Source of the DNA: Nitrospirae bacterium GWF2_44_13
GTDB taxonomy: Bacteria; Nitrospirota; Thermodesulfovibrionia; Thermodesulfovibrionales; UBA1546
DNA length: 64,000 nt
Assembly (NCBI GenBank): GCA_001805105.1
Contig: MHEE01000012.1
Span: 171,127 to 235,126 of the forward strand
Direction: 5' to 3'
The stretch's first letter is position 1, and every line of letters starts with the position of its first letter. This document shows positions 8,260 through 17,148 of this stretch, piece after piece. The notes below the pieces were generated by a model. The model did not search any database. It had not been told where the DNA came from and worked only from the letters and a program-made list of their open reading frames with translations. The translations under genes and the position numbers were made by a program.

Positions 8260-9627
8260 TTAATCTGTTATGTTTCTATCAAATTTACGGCAGATCTGCA
8301 TGGTAAAGAACTTGCCGAAATCGGTAACTCTCATAGATTTGTCATCAATTTCCAGAATGCCGTCGCTGACGAATTCTTCCAACTGATTGATTTCGGAAGC
8401 AAAATATTTTTTAAAAATTATATTATTTGCATTCCCGAACTCGGCAAAATCCAAGGTGAAATATACGCGTAGTTTCTGTATAAGTTCCCTTCTAATTGTT
8501 TCATCCCGGTTAAGTTTATATCCCCTGAAAACGGGAAAGGTGTTTTTTAAGATAAAGTCTTTATATTCTTTAAATTCGTAAGTATTTTGGAAATAGTAGT
8601 TATTTGCAATAGTGCTCGCGCTTCCCGTACCGATTCCTATAATATTGCGGTATCGGCCCGCAGTATATCCCAATGAGTTCCAACCCGCAGTTTTATTTTT
8701 TAGAGCTTTGGCAAGATCGTCTTCAGGCTTGGCGAAATGCTCAAGCCCTATTCTGACATATTCGCTCCCGGTGAGTTTTTCGACAGCATCATGGAACATG
8801 AGGGTTCTGTCATAAAGGTCAGGCAGGTCTGATTCTTTCATCATCATCTGGTGTTTTTTTACTTTAGGGGCATAGTGCAGGAGAAGCAATGAAACCCTGT
8901 CCGGTGAAATTTTCAGCAATGTATCCATGGTTTTCTGGAATGACGCGCGCGTCTGCTTGGGAAGCCCCCACATAATATCAAAGTTGATGCCGTGAAAAAG
9001 ATCGCGGATCTCAGGGGTAAGAAGGCCTTCGAGAAGTGATGCTGGTTGAACCCTGTTTATTGTTTTTTGAACCTCCGGGTCGAACTCCTGTACACCGAAT
9101 GAAAGCCTATTGAGTCCCTTTGAATGATAATACTTGAGAGTTTCAACGGTAACGGCTCGCGGGTCCACTTCTATGGTAAATTCGTCGATATAGGGGAAGT
9201 CCGAAATTCTCTCAAGCTGCGATATAAGTTCATCGAATTCCTGTCTTTGAAGCAGTGTCGGAGACCCCCCCCCGAGATGAATCTCTTTTATATTTGGCTT
9301 TGTTCCATATTCTCGAAAAAGCGCATGAATAAGCTCAATCTCGGCATACAAATATTTCAGATAGTCTTTAACTCTGTCATAGCTCCTTGTTATTGTCGTA
9401 TGACATGTGCAGTAGTAGCACTGCATTTTGCAGAAAGGTATATGGACATACAAAAGTATGGGCGGGTTGCCGAGTTTAGTTATGTGTGCTTCGACAGCTT
9501 GCCTTACGGAAGCGTCGGTAAAATTAGCGTTCCAGATACTTTTATGCGGGTACTCTACATACATGGCATACAAGTTTCTGTATTTGTCAAGGAGTTTCAT
9601 GTAATCGTTGCGGGAAAGCATCTGCAT
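8260..9627 (-). CDS. HemN-like radical SAM enzyme (coproporphyrinogen dehydrogenase / class C methyltransferase family)
   Basis: 455 aa, full-length HemN layout: EYPHKSIW..., LLYVHIPFCKMQCYYCTC, IHLGGGSPTLL. The ATG overlaps the upstream stop (TGATG at 9625-9629). Confidence 0.8.
   Translation of the reverse strand: MQMLSRNDYMKLLDKYRNLYAMYVEYPHKSIWNANFTDASVRQAVEAHITKLGNPPILLYVHIPFCKMQCYYCTCHTTITRSYDRVKDYLKYLYAEIELIHALFREYGTKPNIKEIHLGGGSPTLLQRQEFDELISQLERISDFPYIDEFTIEVDPRAVTVETLKYYHSKGLNRLSFGVQEFDPEVQKTINRVQPASLLEGLLTPEIRDLFHGINFDIMWGLPKQTRASFQKTMDTLLKISPDRVSLLLLHYAPKVKKHQMMMKESDLPDLYDRTLMFHDAVEKLTGSEYVRIGLEHFAKPEDDLAKALKNKTAGWNSLGYTAGRYRNIIGIGTGSASTIANNYYFQNTYEFKEYKDFILKNTFPVFRGYKLNRDETIRRELIQKLRVYFTLDFAEFGNANNIIFKKYFASEINQLEEFVSDGILEIDDKSMRVTDFGKFFTMQICRKFDRNITD
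9265..9273 (-). repeat. G9 (plus-strand C9) homopolymer inside the HemN-like CDS
   Basis: Minus strand reads CAT CTC GGG GGG GGG TCT = H117 L G G G S122. It is the only G/C run of 9 that I found in the window. Confidence 0.9.
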
Positions 9628-11027
9628 CAGTTTTTTCCTTTACCGGTTTTTTTGTTGATTAACTCCCCACATTTACATCTAAAATCAAGCATCTCGGAAA
9701 CTTCGAGTGTATAGGGTTTGATAAAAAACCTCTCGTAATTCTTGAAATACAAGTCATCGGTTTTATACATATCTTTAGTGTCAATATTCATAAGGATTCC
9801 ATCTTTCTTTGCTTGTTCAAAAACTTCAGTACCAGGGAAAGGGACGATATTCATAAGGTGAATCTTGTCGAAATCTATCTCTTTTATCAGGTTGTAAGTA
9901 TCCATAAGAGTTTCCTGCGTCTCTTCCGGCATCCCCATAATGAAAAATGCGCTTGTATGCAGTTGGGGATATTGCTTTATTAGTTTGACGGTATCTATTA
10001 TCTTTGTTCTCGCCAGCCGCTTACGCATTATTTTGTTCCTTATAAAATCTGAACCACTTTCTATAGCAATGGATATCCTTACCATTCCAGCCGATACCAA
10101 TGCGTCGAGAACTTCCTCATCAAGAGTATTGATGTTGAGCCCGTTCGGAGTTTCAAACTGGATATTGAGCTTTCTTTTTGTTACCTCCGAACATATATCC
10201 AGCGCCCTTTTCTTTTGCAGGGTCATATTGTCGTCCATGAAGGAGAAATGCATATGGTTATAAGTGTTATAGAGGAATTCAATTTCATCCACAACATTAA
10301 CGGCAGTTCTCGGTCTCCATTTAGGGCCCATAACCGTGTACATCGAACAAAAATTACACCGGTTAGGGCAGCTACGGCTGGTGATAATAGGGATGGAAGT
10401 ATTGATGGGCAGATTCTTGGGATTATGCCACTTCGAAGTATCTACGTAATAATCCGTGAGGTCAATGAGATTATAAGCAGGGAAGGGTATCATATCAAGA
10501 TTCTCAATGTAGCGCTTTTTGGGATTAACTTTTACTTCGTTGTTCTCCCTGTATGCGAACCCATCCAGTGAGGCAAAATCCTTTCTGTTGGTTTCCAGCA
10601 TATTGACTAATTGTACTGTTGTTTCTTCACCCTCTCCCATTACAATAAAATCTATAGAAGGACAGTTCTTCAATATTTCACCTGCATATATCGTGAAATG
10701 AATCCCACCGGCAACTATGGGAATATCTTTTCTATGTTCCTTACACCTGATTGAAAATCTAAGAGTATCGGGAAAATTTCCGGAAAAAAGGCACCCGAAC
10801 CCTATCAGTTCCGGAGAAAATTCATCTAATATATTTATTAGATATCTGTCATAAAACTCATTCTTGTCTTTGTCCTTGGGCACTTTCAGCGCCTTCATAT
10901 CCAGGATCTTGACCTCAGCGCAATTCTTCTGAAGTGCTGCGCCAAGGTAAAGAAGGCTCGATGGCAGATAGAATTCATCGTTGTACCATTTAGCGGGAAT
11001 AGGAGGATTTATTAAAAGTATTTTCAT
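9627..11027 (-). CDS. B12-binding-domain radical SAM enzyme
   Basis: MKILLINPPIP..., IVAGGIH, VMGEGEETTVQLV, ITSRSCPNRCNFC. Confidence 0.85.
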   Translation of the reverse strand: MKILLINPPIPAKWYNDEFYLPSSLLYLGAALQKNCAEVKILDMKALKVPKDKDKNEFYDRYLINILDEFSPELIGFGCLFSGNFPDTLRFSIRCKEHRKDIPIVAGGIHFTIYAGEILKNCPSIDFIVMGEGEETTVQLVNMLETNRKDFASLDGFAYRENNEVKVNPKKRYIENLDMIPFPAYNLIDLTDYYVDTSKWHNPKNLPINTSIPIITSRSCPNRCNFCSMYTVMGPKWRPRTAVNVVDEIEFLYNTYNHMHFSFMDDNMTLQKKRALDICSEVTKRKLNIQFETPNGLNINTLDEEVLDALVSAGMVRISIAIESGSDFIRNKIMRKRLARTKIIDTVKLIKQYPQLHTSAFFIMGMPEETQETLMDTYNLIKEIDFDKIHLMNIVPFPGTEVFEQAKKDGILMNIDTKDMYKTDDLYFKNYERFFIKPYTLEVSEMLDFRCKCGELINKKTGKGKN

Positions 11028-11036
11028 TATGGCCCT

Positions 11037-12362
11037 TTAAATATGTGATAATCCGGCTTTATGCAGCCGCGATTGCAGTTCAAGATAATTCTTCACTATC
11101 TGCTCGTTCTTCAAGCCTTTGCCCCACGGGGCAGCATCTTCATATTCGAACGTCAGTGAAGGTATTTCTTCCTTATATCTCCCGTACATATGCATTGTTT
11201 TCGACCAGTCAGTGTTTATATTTTTCATCCCAAATTTAGTCGGATTATTGAAAAGTTGTGTGCCCGGCCGCACGGTCAGTATGGATAGATACACTGACGC
11301 AGGTTTCGTTTCCCGGATGAAATCCCAAGTAATATCGACTATATTCTCAGGTTCGCCGGGAAGCCCAATTATCATATATACCCTGCATTCTATGCCGTTC
11401 TTTTCCAGAAGTTTTATCGTCTCTTTGGCTTTTGCGATATTGATTTTCTTATTTATGATATCAAGGGATTGCTGCCACGCGCTTTCGACACCGAGGCACA
11501 TAGTGACACAGCCGGTGTCTTTCAGAAGTTTTGCTGTTTCCGGAGTAATTCCGTCAACCCTGCACTGTCCCCTCCAGACTATACCTGTCCTGCCTATGGC
11601 CTCAAGATGTTTTACGGCTGCTTCGTGTCCGGGAGGCACGCCTATTTCATCAAGAAGGCTTATTCCCTGCAAGCCATACTCACGCTTCAAATATTCAATC
11701 TCCTGTTCGATCAGTTCCGGTTTCCTGTACCTGACACCCGGGCAGTATTGCTTAACCTGAGGCATCGCGCAGAAATAGCAGTCATACGGGCATCCCCTGC
11801 TGAATATAACCGTGGTTCCAAGCATCTGATCGTAGCCCTTCTTATGCTTGAGGGTCAAGAGCCCTTTTCTTGCTGTTGTTGATTTTGGAAGAAATTTTCT
11901 GCTTGGAAACGGGTATTTGTTTATATCCATGACAGATTTCTCTTCATATATTTTTTTCAGAGATTTCTTTTTATAATCTTCTATGGCATCTTTTATCTTT
12001 TCCTCTCCGGCGCCAATTATAAGAGAATCGAAATGTTCAAGGCTCTCCTTTTGGAATACTGTAGCATGAGGCCCCCCTGCAATATGTTTTGCTTTTGGAT
12101 AGCTATCGCGAAGATTCTTGACTATGGATATTTGTTCTTCCCAGTCCAGAGTATAGACAGAATGCAGATAGATATCGCATTCAGGTATGTGGTAAATCGC
12201 AAAATCCTTCTTTATTCCCCTGAGATCGATGAGAAGCAGCTCTACTTCATTCCCAAAATGGTTCTCTAAAACCGTAAGTATCTGGAAATGGGTATGAGGA
12301 TCGCCCTTAAATGGATCAAAAAGATATTCACTGCTTGGGAAAACAAACCCGATTCTTAACAT
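11037..12362 (-). CDS. B12-binding-domain-like radical SAM enzyme
   Basis: HIAGGPH, IIGAGEEKIKDAI, IFSRGCPYDCYFC. The ATG overlaps the upstream stop (TAATG at 12360-12364). Confidence 0.8.
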   Translation of the reverse strand: MLRIGFVFPSSEYLFDPFKGDPHTHFQILTVLENHFGNEVELLLIDLRGIKKDFAIYHIPECDIYLHSVYTLDWEEQISIVKNLRDSYPKAKHIAGGPHATVFQKESLEHFDSLIIGAGEEKIKDAIEDYKKKSLKKIYEEKSVMDINKYPFPSRKFLPKSTTARKGLLTLKHKKGYDQMLGTTVIFSRGCPYDCYFCAMPQVKQYCPGVRYRKPELIEQEIEYLKREYGLQGISLLDEIGVPPGHEAAVKHLEAIGRTGIVWRGQCRVDGITPETAKLLKDTGCVTMCLGVESAWQQSLDIINKKINIAKAKETIKLLEKNGIECRVYMIIGLPGEPENIVDITWDFIRETKPASVYLSILTVRPGTQLFNNPTKFGMKNINTDWSKTMHMYGRYKEEIPSLTFEYEDAAPWGKGLKNEQIVKNYLELQSRLHKAGLSHI

Positions 12363-13972
12363 TAACTCTTTAACTCTTCAACTTCCTTTTCAGATGTCCA
12401 GTCCTTCGGCCCAAACCGTTTTCTTAATACTTTATATATATCTCTTGGAAGATATTTTTTTAGAATCGCATTTATAAAAAAATTTCTTGTACTCTGGTAT
12501 ACTCTGATAAGTTTCTCAAATAAAATATATTCGTACATAAATTTAAAATATTTTTTTTTGTAACGCCAGTTCTGAATTCTTGAAATTACATAACTCATAT
12601 ATCCGGCATAATACGGGTATCCCATATAATGAATATAATTCTTGTAATCCTTGTAAGAATTAAAATCCCTAAAAAAAACACCGGATGACAATTTGGAAAT
12701 GTTATGAAACCTTCTCGCAATTTCTTTAGGGAACCATCTAATAACTTTCAATTTTAAAGGTGCGCTCCACCGCCCCCACTTTTCCAGAGAATCCGGAAAT
12801 TGGCAGTTATAATCTTTATTCAATAATTCAAATATTGCAGTTCCCGGGAAAGGACAGAGATTTAGAATAACTGTCAAAATGTATGGATTATTATAGGATA
12901 TTTTATCAATAGTATTAAAGGTGGCATTTGAATCGTATTCTGTCTCTGTTGGCCAACCATTCATAAAAGTTACTCTATGGGGTATTTTATTACTCTTCAT
13001 TGCTTCAATGCCACTAACTATCTGTTCAACTTTTATATCTTTTTTGATAACTTCATCCAACAATCTCTGGGAACCCGACTCAGCGCCAAAACTCATATAA
13101 TAACATCCGCTTTTCTTCATTAAATCCATGAACTCCTGACCGAACTTTTTATATGCCCTGTCAAAAGTATCAAATCTGCAAAAAGTTGTCCATCTTATTT
13201 TCAATCCCTTTTGAATGATAGATTGGAATATTTCATAAGCCCTCTGAATATCAATGAAAAATTCATCTTCGTTGGCAAAATTAAAATTTTTGATGTTGTA
13301 TTTTTTGTGAAGATATTCAACTTCTTCCACAACTTTTTCAGCGTTTTTTTGCCTGTATTTCCTTTTATTAAATGCCGGGCTGTAACAGAAACTGCATCTG
13401 TGCGGACAACCCCGTGATGTATGCACAGATATAGCTGTTGGTTCATAGAAAACCTTGCCTAAAAGTTCATACGGAAGGTCCATATCAAGTGTATTCAGGT
13501 CAATTAAATCCTGTGGCTGGTTTATTATTACTTTCCCTTCTTTTTTATATGCAATTCCTCTGACGTTTGATAAATCCCCTTGATTCAACATACACATCGC
13601 CAAATCCTGAATAGTTCTTTCGCCTTCGCCTATAACAACAATATCAACAAGTTCGTTTTGCAGCGTTTGTTCAGGAAGCAAAGATGGGTGCACCCCGCCC
13701 AAAACAATCGGAATGTTGGAGTTATACTTTTTTATTAGTTTTGCGATTTTCAGACCGTCTAATATCATTGTGCCGGTCAACATGCTGATTCCGACAAATA
13801 GATAATTCTCATATTGTATTTTTTTTGTGCTTTCCCACGCCAAATGCAAAATAGATACATCAATATTTATTTTTTGTAATGATTTTGCCACATATAATAG
13901 CCCCTGAGAATATGCGCCCGCTGATGATTTATTTCCGGGATAAATCAATAAAACTTTAGGCTTATTTTGCAT
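12362..13972 (-). CDS. B12-binding-domain radical SAM enzyme
   Basis: Track ORF 12362..14005 trimmed to ATG 13972 (GGGGAG 9 nt upstream). KVLLIYPG..., VLGGVHPS, VIGEGERTIQDLA, HTSRGCPHRCSFC. Confidence 0.8.
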   Translation of the reverse strand: MQNKPKVLLIYPGNKSSAGAYSQGLLYVAKSLQKINIDVSILHLAWESTKKIQYENYLFVGISMLTGTMILDGLKIAKLIKKYNSNIPIVLGGVHPSLLPEQTLQNELVDIVVIGEGERTIQDLAMCMLNQGDLSNVRGIAYKKEGKVIINQPQDLIDLNTLDMDLPYELLGKVFYEPTAISVHTSRGCPHRCSFCYSPAFNKRKYRQKNAEKVVEEVEYLHKKYNIKNFNFANEDEFFIDIQRAYEIFQSIIQKGLKIRWTTFCRFDTFDRAYKKFGQEFMDLMKKSGCYYMSFGAESGSQRLLDEVIKKDIKVEQIVSGIEAMKSNKIPHRVTFMNGWPTETEYDSNATFNTIDKISYNNPYILTVILNLCPFPGTAIFELLNKDYNCQFPDSLEKWGRWSAPLKLKVIRWFPKEIARRFHNISKLSSGVFFRDFNSYKDYKNYIHYMGYPYYAGYMSYVISRIQNWRYKKKYFKFMYEYILFEKLIRVYQSTRNFFINAILKKYLPRDIYKVLRKRFGPKDWTSEKEVEELKS

Positions 13973-14549
13973 AGTAATTCTCCCCTTGCAAGTAAATTTT
14001 TGCAAGTGATAATGCTGTTATGGTTCCTATTGATATAATATTCTTGTTCTTTATAGCATTTATAATTTCTGATTCGTGTAATAAGACTATTTCCATATCC
14101 TCAAGGTCAACCCTGTCGGGCTCAGATATTATTTTAGCATTTGCAGCGTAAAAAAAATAAACTTTTCCACAACCATAATTCGTATGGGGTTTCATGGCTC
14201 CTAAGTATTTCCAATCGTCGGATGCATATCCTGTTTCTTCAAGTAGTTCGCGTTTTGCCGTTTCCAGCGGGTCTTCACCTTTTTCGGTAGTACCTGCGGG
14301 GAGAACTATACTTACATCTTCATAACCGTGAAGATACTGTCTTGACATCACTACCCTATCATCAATAGTTCTTGCAACTGTTATAACCGAGTGCGGAAAT
14401 TCTACATGGTAATAATCATTAATTATTCTGCCATCGGGTAATTTGACCTTTTGAACAGAAATTGTTAAGCGAGAATCAATATGCAGAAGTTCTTTTGTTT
14501 CCAGAATTTCCCATTTAACTTCTTTCTTAGTTTTGTGTAAGGAGTCCAT
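13962..14549 (-). CDS. NUDIX hydrolase (nucleoside-diphosphate-sugar/ADP-ribose pyrophosphatase-like)
   Basis: Nudix box GTTEKGEDPLETAKRELLEETGY. Trimmed from 14660 to ATG 14549 so that it no longer overlaps the upstream epimerase by about 100 nt. Confidence 0.75.
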   Translation of the reverse strand: MDSLHKTKKEVKWEILETKELLHIDSRLTISVQKVKLPDGRIINDYYHVEFPHSVITVARTIDDRVVMSRQYLHGYEDVSIVLPAGTTEKGEDPLETAKRELLEETGYASDDWKYLGAMKPHTNYGCGKVYFFYAANAKIISEPDRVDLEDMEIVLLHESEIINAIKNKNIISIGTITALSLAKIYLQGENYYAK

Positions 14550-14553
14550 TGAA

Positions 14554-15516
14554 CTAAACCTCGTAGTATTCCTTATACCAATCGATTGTTTTCTTAATGC
14601 CTTGGTCCAAAGTCGTTTTTGGCGTCCAGCCGAAAAGCTCCCTGGCTTTTGTCGAATCAAGGCATATTTTTGTTTTTATACTGGGTTTTGACGGGTCATA
14701 TTCAATTGCAAGCCTTTTCCCTGACAATCCACTTATTTTTTTAACCAGTTCGCTTATTGAAAACGCTTTCCCGTATCCTATGTTCACCAGTTCAAATTTA
14801 GAATTTTGTTTTGATATTGCAATCTTGAAGAAATCCACAAGATCGGAAATATACAACAGGTCCCTTTCTTCTTTTCCTTCTCCCCAAACTGTGATCTTCC
14901 CGCCTTCTTTGGCTGTCATGATTTTTGTAATAGTTGCGCCAAAAAAGTGCGAACGCTCAAGATCATACTTATCATATGGGCCATATATATTTGAGTGCCT
15001 TGCTACGGTGAACTTAGTTTCTCCCTGTTTTGAGAAAAATTCGCACATTTTTTCATTATAAATCTTTGTCCAGGCGCTTCCGAAATAACCGCTGAAAAGC
15101 TCCTTATTAGCGTCAAAGTCATTTTCTTTAATAGGGTTGTCACTTGATTGATACATTGTTGTACAGCTTGGGAAAACAAGTTGTGATATCTTCTGCTCAA
15201 ATGCGCTGCGAAATATAAGAGCATTCATAACAGCATTATCTGTGACATGATAATAGGGTTTGGTTACGATGTCTTTTGCTCCTGAGGTTGTGGCGGCCGC
15301 CTGGATAATAATGTCCATCCCTTTTATTGCGGTATTAACATCATTTTTATCGGTAAGGTCAGCTCTGATCATTTTTATGCGGCTATTTTTCAAGGGTTTG
15401 GATTTGAAATAGGTGCCATGAACCTCAAAAGAACTATCTTCGGCAAAAGCCTCGGCTGTATTTCTGCCGATAAAACCCGTACTGCCGCAAATCAGTATTT
15501 TCTTCATCTTTTCCAT
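14554..15516 (-). CDS. NAD-dependent epimerase/dehydratase-family protein (atypical active-site region)
   Basis: KILICGSTGFIGRN Rossmann motif. The region where YxxxK is expected reads FGSAWTKIYNEK. Confidence 0.65.
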   Translation of the reverse strand: MEKMKKILICGSTGFIGRNTAEAFAEDSSFEVHGTYFKSKPLKNSRIKMIRADLTDKNDVNTAIKGMDIIIQAAATTSGAKDIVTKPYYHVTDNAVMNALIFRSAFEQKISQLVFPSCTTMYQSSDNPIKENDFDANKELFSGYFGSAWTKIYNEKMCEFFSKQGETKFTVARHSNIYGPYDKYDLERSHFFGATITKIMTAKEGGKITVWGEGKEERDLLYISDLVDFFKIAISKQNSKFELVNIGYGKAFSISELVKKISGLSGKRLAIEYDPSKPSIKTKICLDSTKARELFGWTPKTTLDQGIKKTIDWYKEYYEV

Positions 15517-16496
15517 GTCTCTTTATTTTTATTCCACCATCCTATGGTTTTCATTATGCCTTCCTCTATAGAATATACGGGTTTCCATCCGGTAACTTTC
15601 TTTATCTTGGATACGTCCAACGCCCTGAATTTTATTGTTGAAGGTTTGCTTAGATCGTAATGAACGTTTGAAGGAGTGTGGCCGGAGTGTTTGATAGACC
15701 AGTTCACCACATCTCCAACGGTTGTTTTTAACCCTGAACCGATATTGAAGGCATCAAATTTGATATCGGCACTATTGAGAAGAGCAATAATTGCAGCAGC
15801 AAAGTCTTCAGAATAAAGGACATCTCTTGTCACGTCAGGGCTTCCCCATACTTCAAAAGGATCCATTTTTTCACAGGCTTTGCGAATAATAGCAGGGATG
15901 AAATAGGAAGATGAGGGGTCAAAGTTCGCGTAAGGCCCGAAAATATTGGAAGAGCGGACATTGATCACTTCCATTCCGGTCTTTTGGTTCCAGAAGAGCC
16001 CCAACTTTTCCAAGAACCTGGATATCCAGGCAACCCCCAAATATGCCAAGTGAGGATCTTTGTTAAAATCTATGTCATCTTCTTTGATAAACCCTTCAAA
16101 CTCCTGATAAACCGTAGCGGTGCCTATATAAATCACGCGTTTAACTTTCTCGTGAAAAAAGGCCTCGAACATCTGAGCATTCATAATGATGTTATCGTTT
16201 GTAAAAAGCCAGGGCTGCGTTGTCATCATCTTTGAACCGGCTGAATGAGAGGCCGCCATTATAGCGCAATCACATCCGCTTACTGCACGCCTGCATTCCT
16301 CAAGAACTCTGAGATCTGCTTTAACATATTCCACCCTTTCGTGTTTAAGGAAAGGTTCTCTATGTCTGTAAGAAGCTTTGATCTTTGTTAATGGATAGTT
16401 GTCAAGAACATACTGCATTATTGCTGAACCGACTGAACCGGTCGAGCCGGCAAGAAACACGCATTTATCGTCTATGTAGAAATTTGTTTTGTTCAT
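15504..16496 (-). CDS. NAD-dependent epimerase/dehydratase-family protein, paralogue of 14554..15516
   Basis: VFLAGSTGSVGSA. The equivalent region reads YLGVAWISRFLEK (same AW motif as its neighbour). Confidence 0.65.
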   Translation of the reverse strand: MNKTNFYIDDKCVFLAGSTGSVGSAIMQYVLDNYPLTKIKASYRHREPFLKHERVEYVKADLRVLEECRRAVSGCDCAIMAASHSAGSKMMTTQPWLFTNDNIIMNAQMFEAFFHEKVKRVIYIGTATVYQEFEGFIKEDDIDFNKDPHLAYLGVAWISRFLEKLGLFWNQKTGMEVINVRSSNIFGPYANFDPSSSYFIPAIIRKACEKMDPFEVWGSPDVTRDVLYSEDFAAAIIALLNSADIKFDAFNIGSGLKTTVGDVVNWSIKHSGHTPSNVHYDLSKPSTIKFRALDVSKIKKVTGWKPVYSIEEGIMKTIGWWNKNKETWKR

Positions 16497-16506
16497 TATT
16501 AATTAT

Positions 16507-17148
16507 CTATTGCGGTTCTATTTCGTCCAGCAGCATCGAAAAATTGCCGATGATCTTGTCTGCTTTTGAAAGATATTTTTTATCTAAAGTCGATGTAATT
16601 GCTATGCAGTACATACCTGCATTCTTGGCTGCTTCTATTCCTATAGGCGCATTCTCAACTACCAGGCATTCCGAGGGCTCGATCCCAAGCTCCTTTGCTG
16701 CCGTGAGGTAGGGGTCGGGAAAGGGTTTGCCTCTATCTATTTTATCACCTGTTATAACTGTGTTGAATTCTTTAAGCAAAGCCGGATATAGAGTATTCGA
16801 CAACCGTGAAAAGTTTGCCGCCGAAACTATAGCCAGCAGGTAACCATTGCCTTTAAGTGTATGTATGGTTTCCTCTACACCTTCATATAATGAAAAATTA
16901 TTATTTTTAAGATAATATTCTTCCTTTGCTTTTACAATTTCTGCGGCTCGGTTTGTATCTTTACCATTCTTGCTTAAAAGTAATTTAGCCAGTTCAATCG
17001 TATTTACACCTTCAAGCAGAAAATATTCATCTTTTGTCAGCTCTATGCCGAACTGAGACAATACATTTTTCCATGCAGTATAGTTGTCTTCCATAGTCCT
17101 GCCGATGACGCCGTCAAAATCAAATAGAATTCCCTTAAATTTATTCAT
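16507..17148 (-). CDS. HAD-superfamily phosphatase/phosphomutase (beta-PGM-like subfamily IA)
   Basis: GILFDFDGVIGRT (DxDG), ...VVENAPIGIEAAKNAGM. Start moved to ATG 17148, which forms an ATGA overlap with the upstream stop. Confidence 0.75.
   Translation of the reverse strand: MNKFKGILFDFDGVIGRTMEDNYTAWKNVLSQFGIELTKDEYFLLEGVNTIELAKLLLSKNGKDTNRAAEIVKAKEEYYLKNNNFSLYEGVEETIHTLKGNGYLLAIVSAANFSRLSNTLYPALLKEFNTVITGDKIDRGKPFPDPYLTAAKELGIEPSECLVVENAPIGIEAAKNAGMYCIAITSTLDKKYLSKADKIIGNFSMLLDEIEPQ

Noticed and set aside
12551-12559. Other A/T homopolymers (T9 at 12551-12559; T8/A8 runs at 362-369, 599-606, 1013-1020, 1174-1181, 12671-12678)
   Set aside because: All sit in-frame as Lys/Phe codons within intact genes. 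They are expected in such AT-rich DNA. Only the A10 at 63120-63129 coincides with a frame break.
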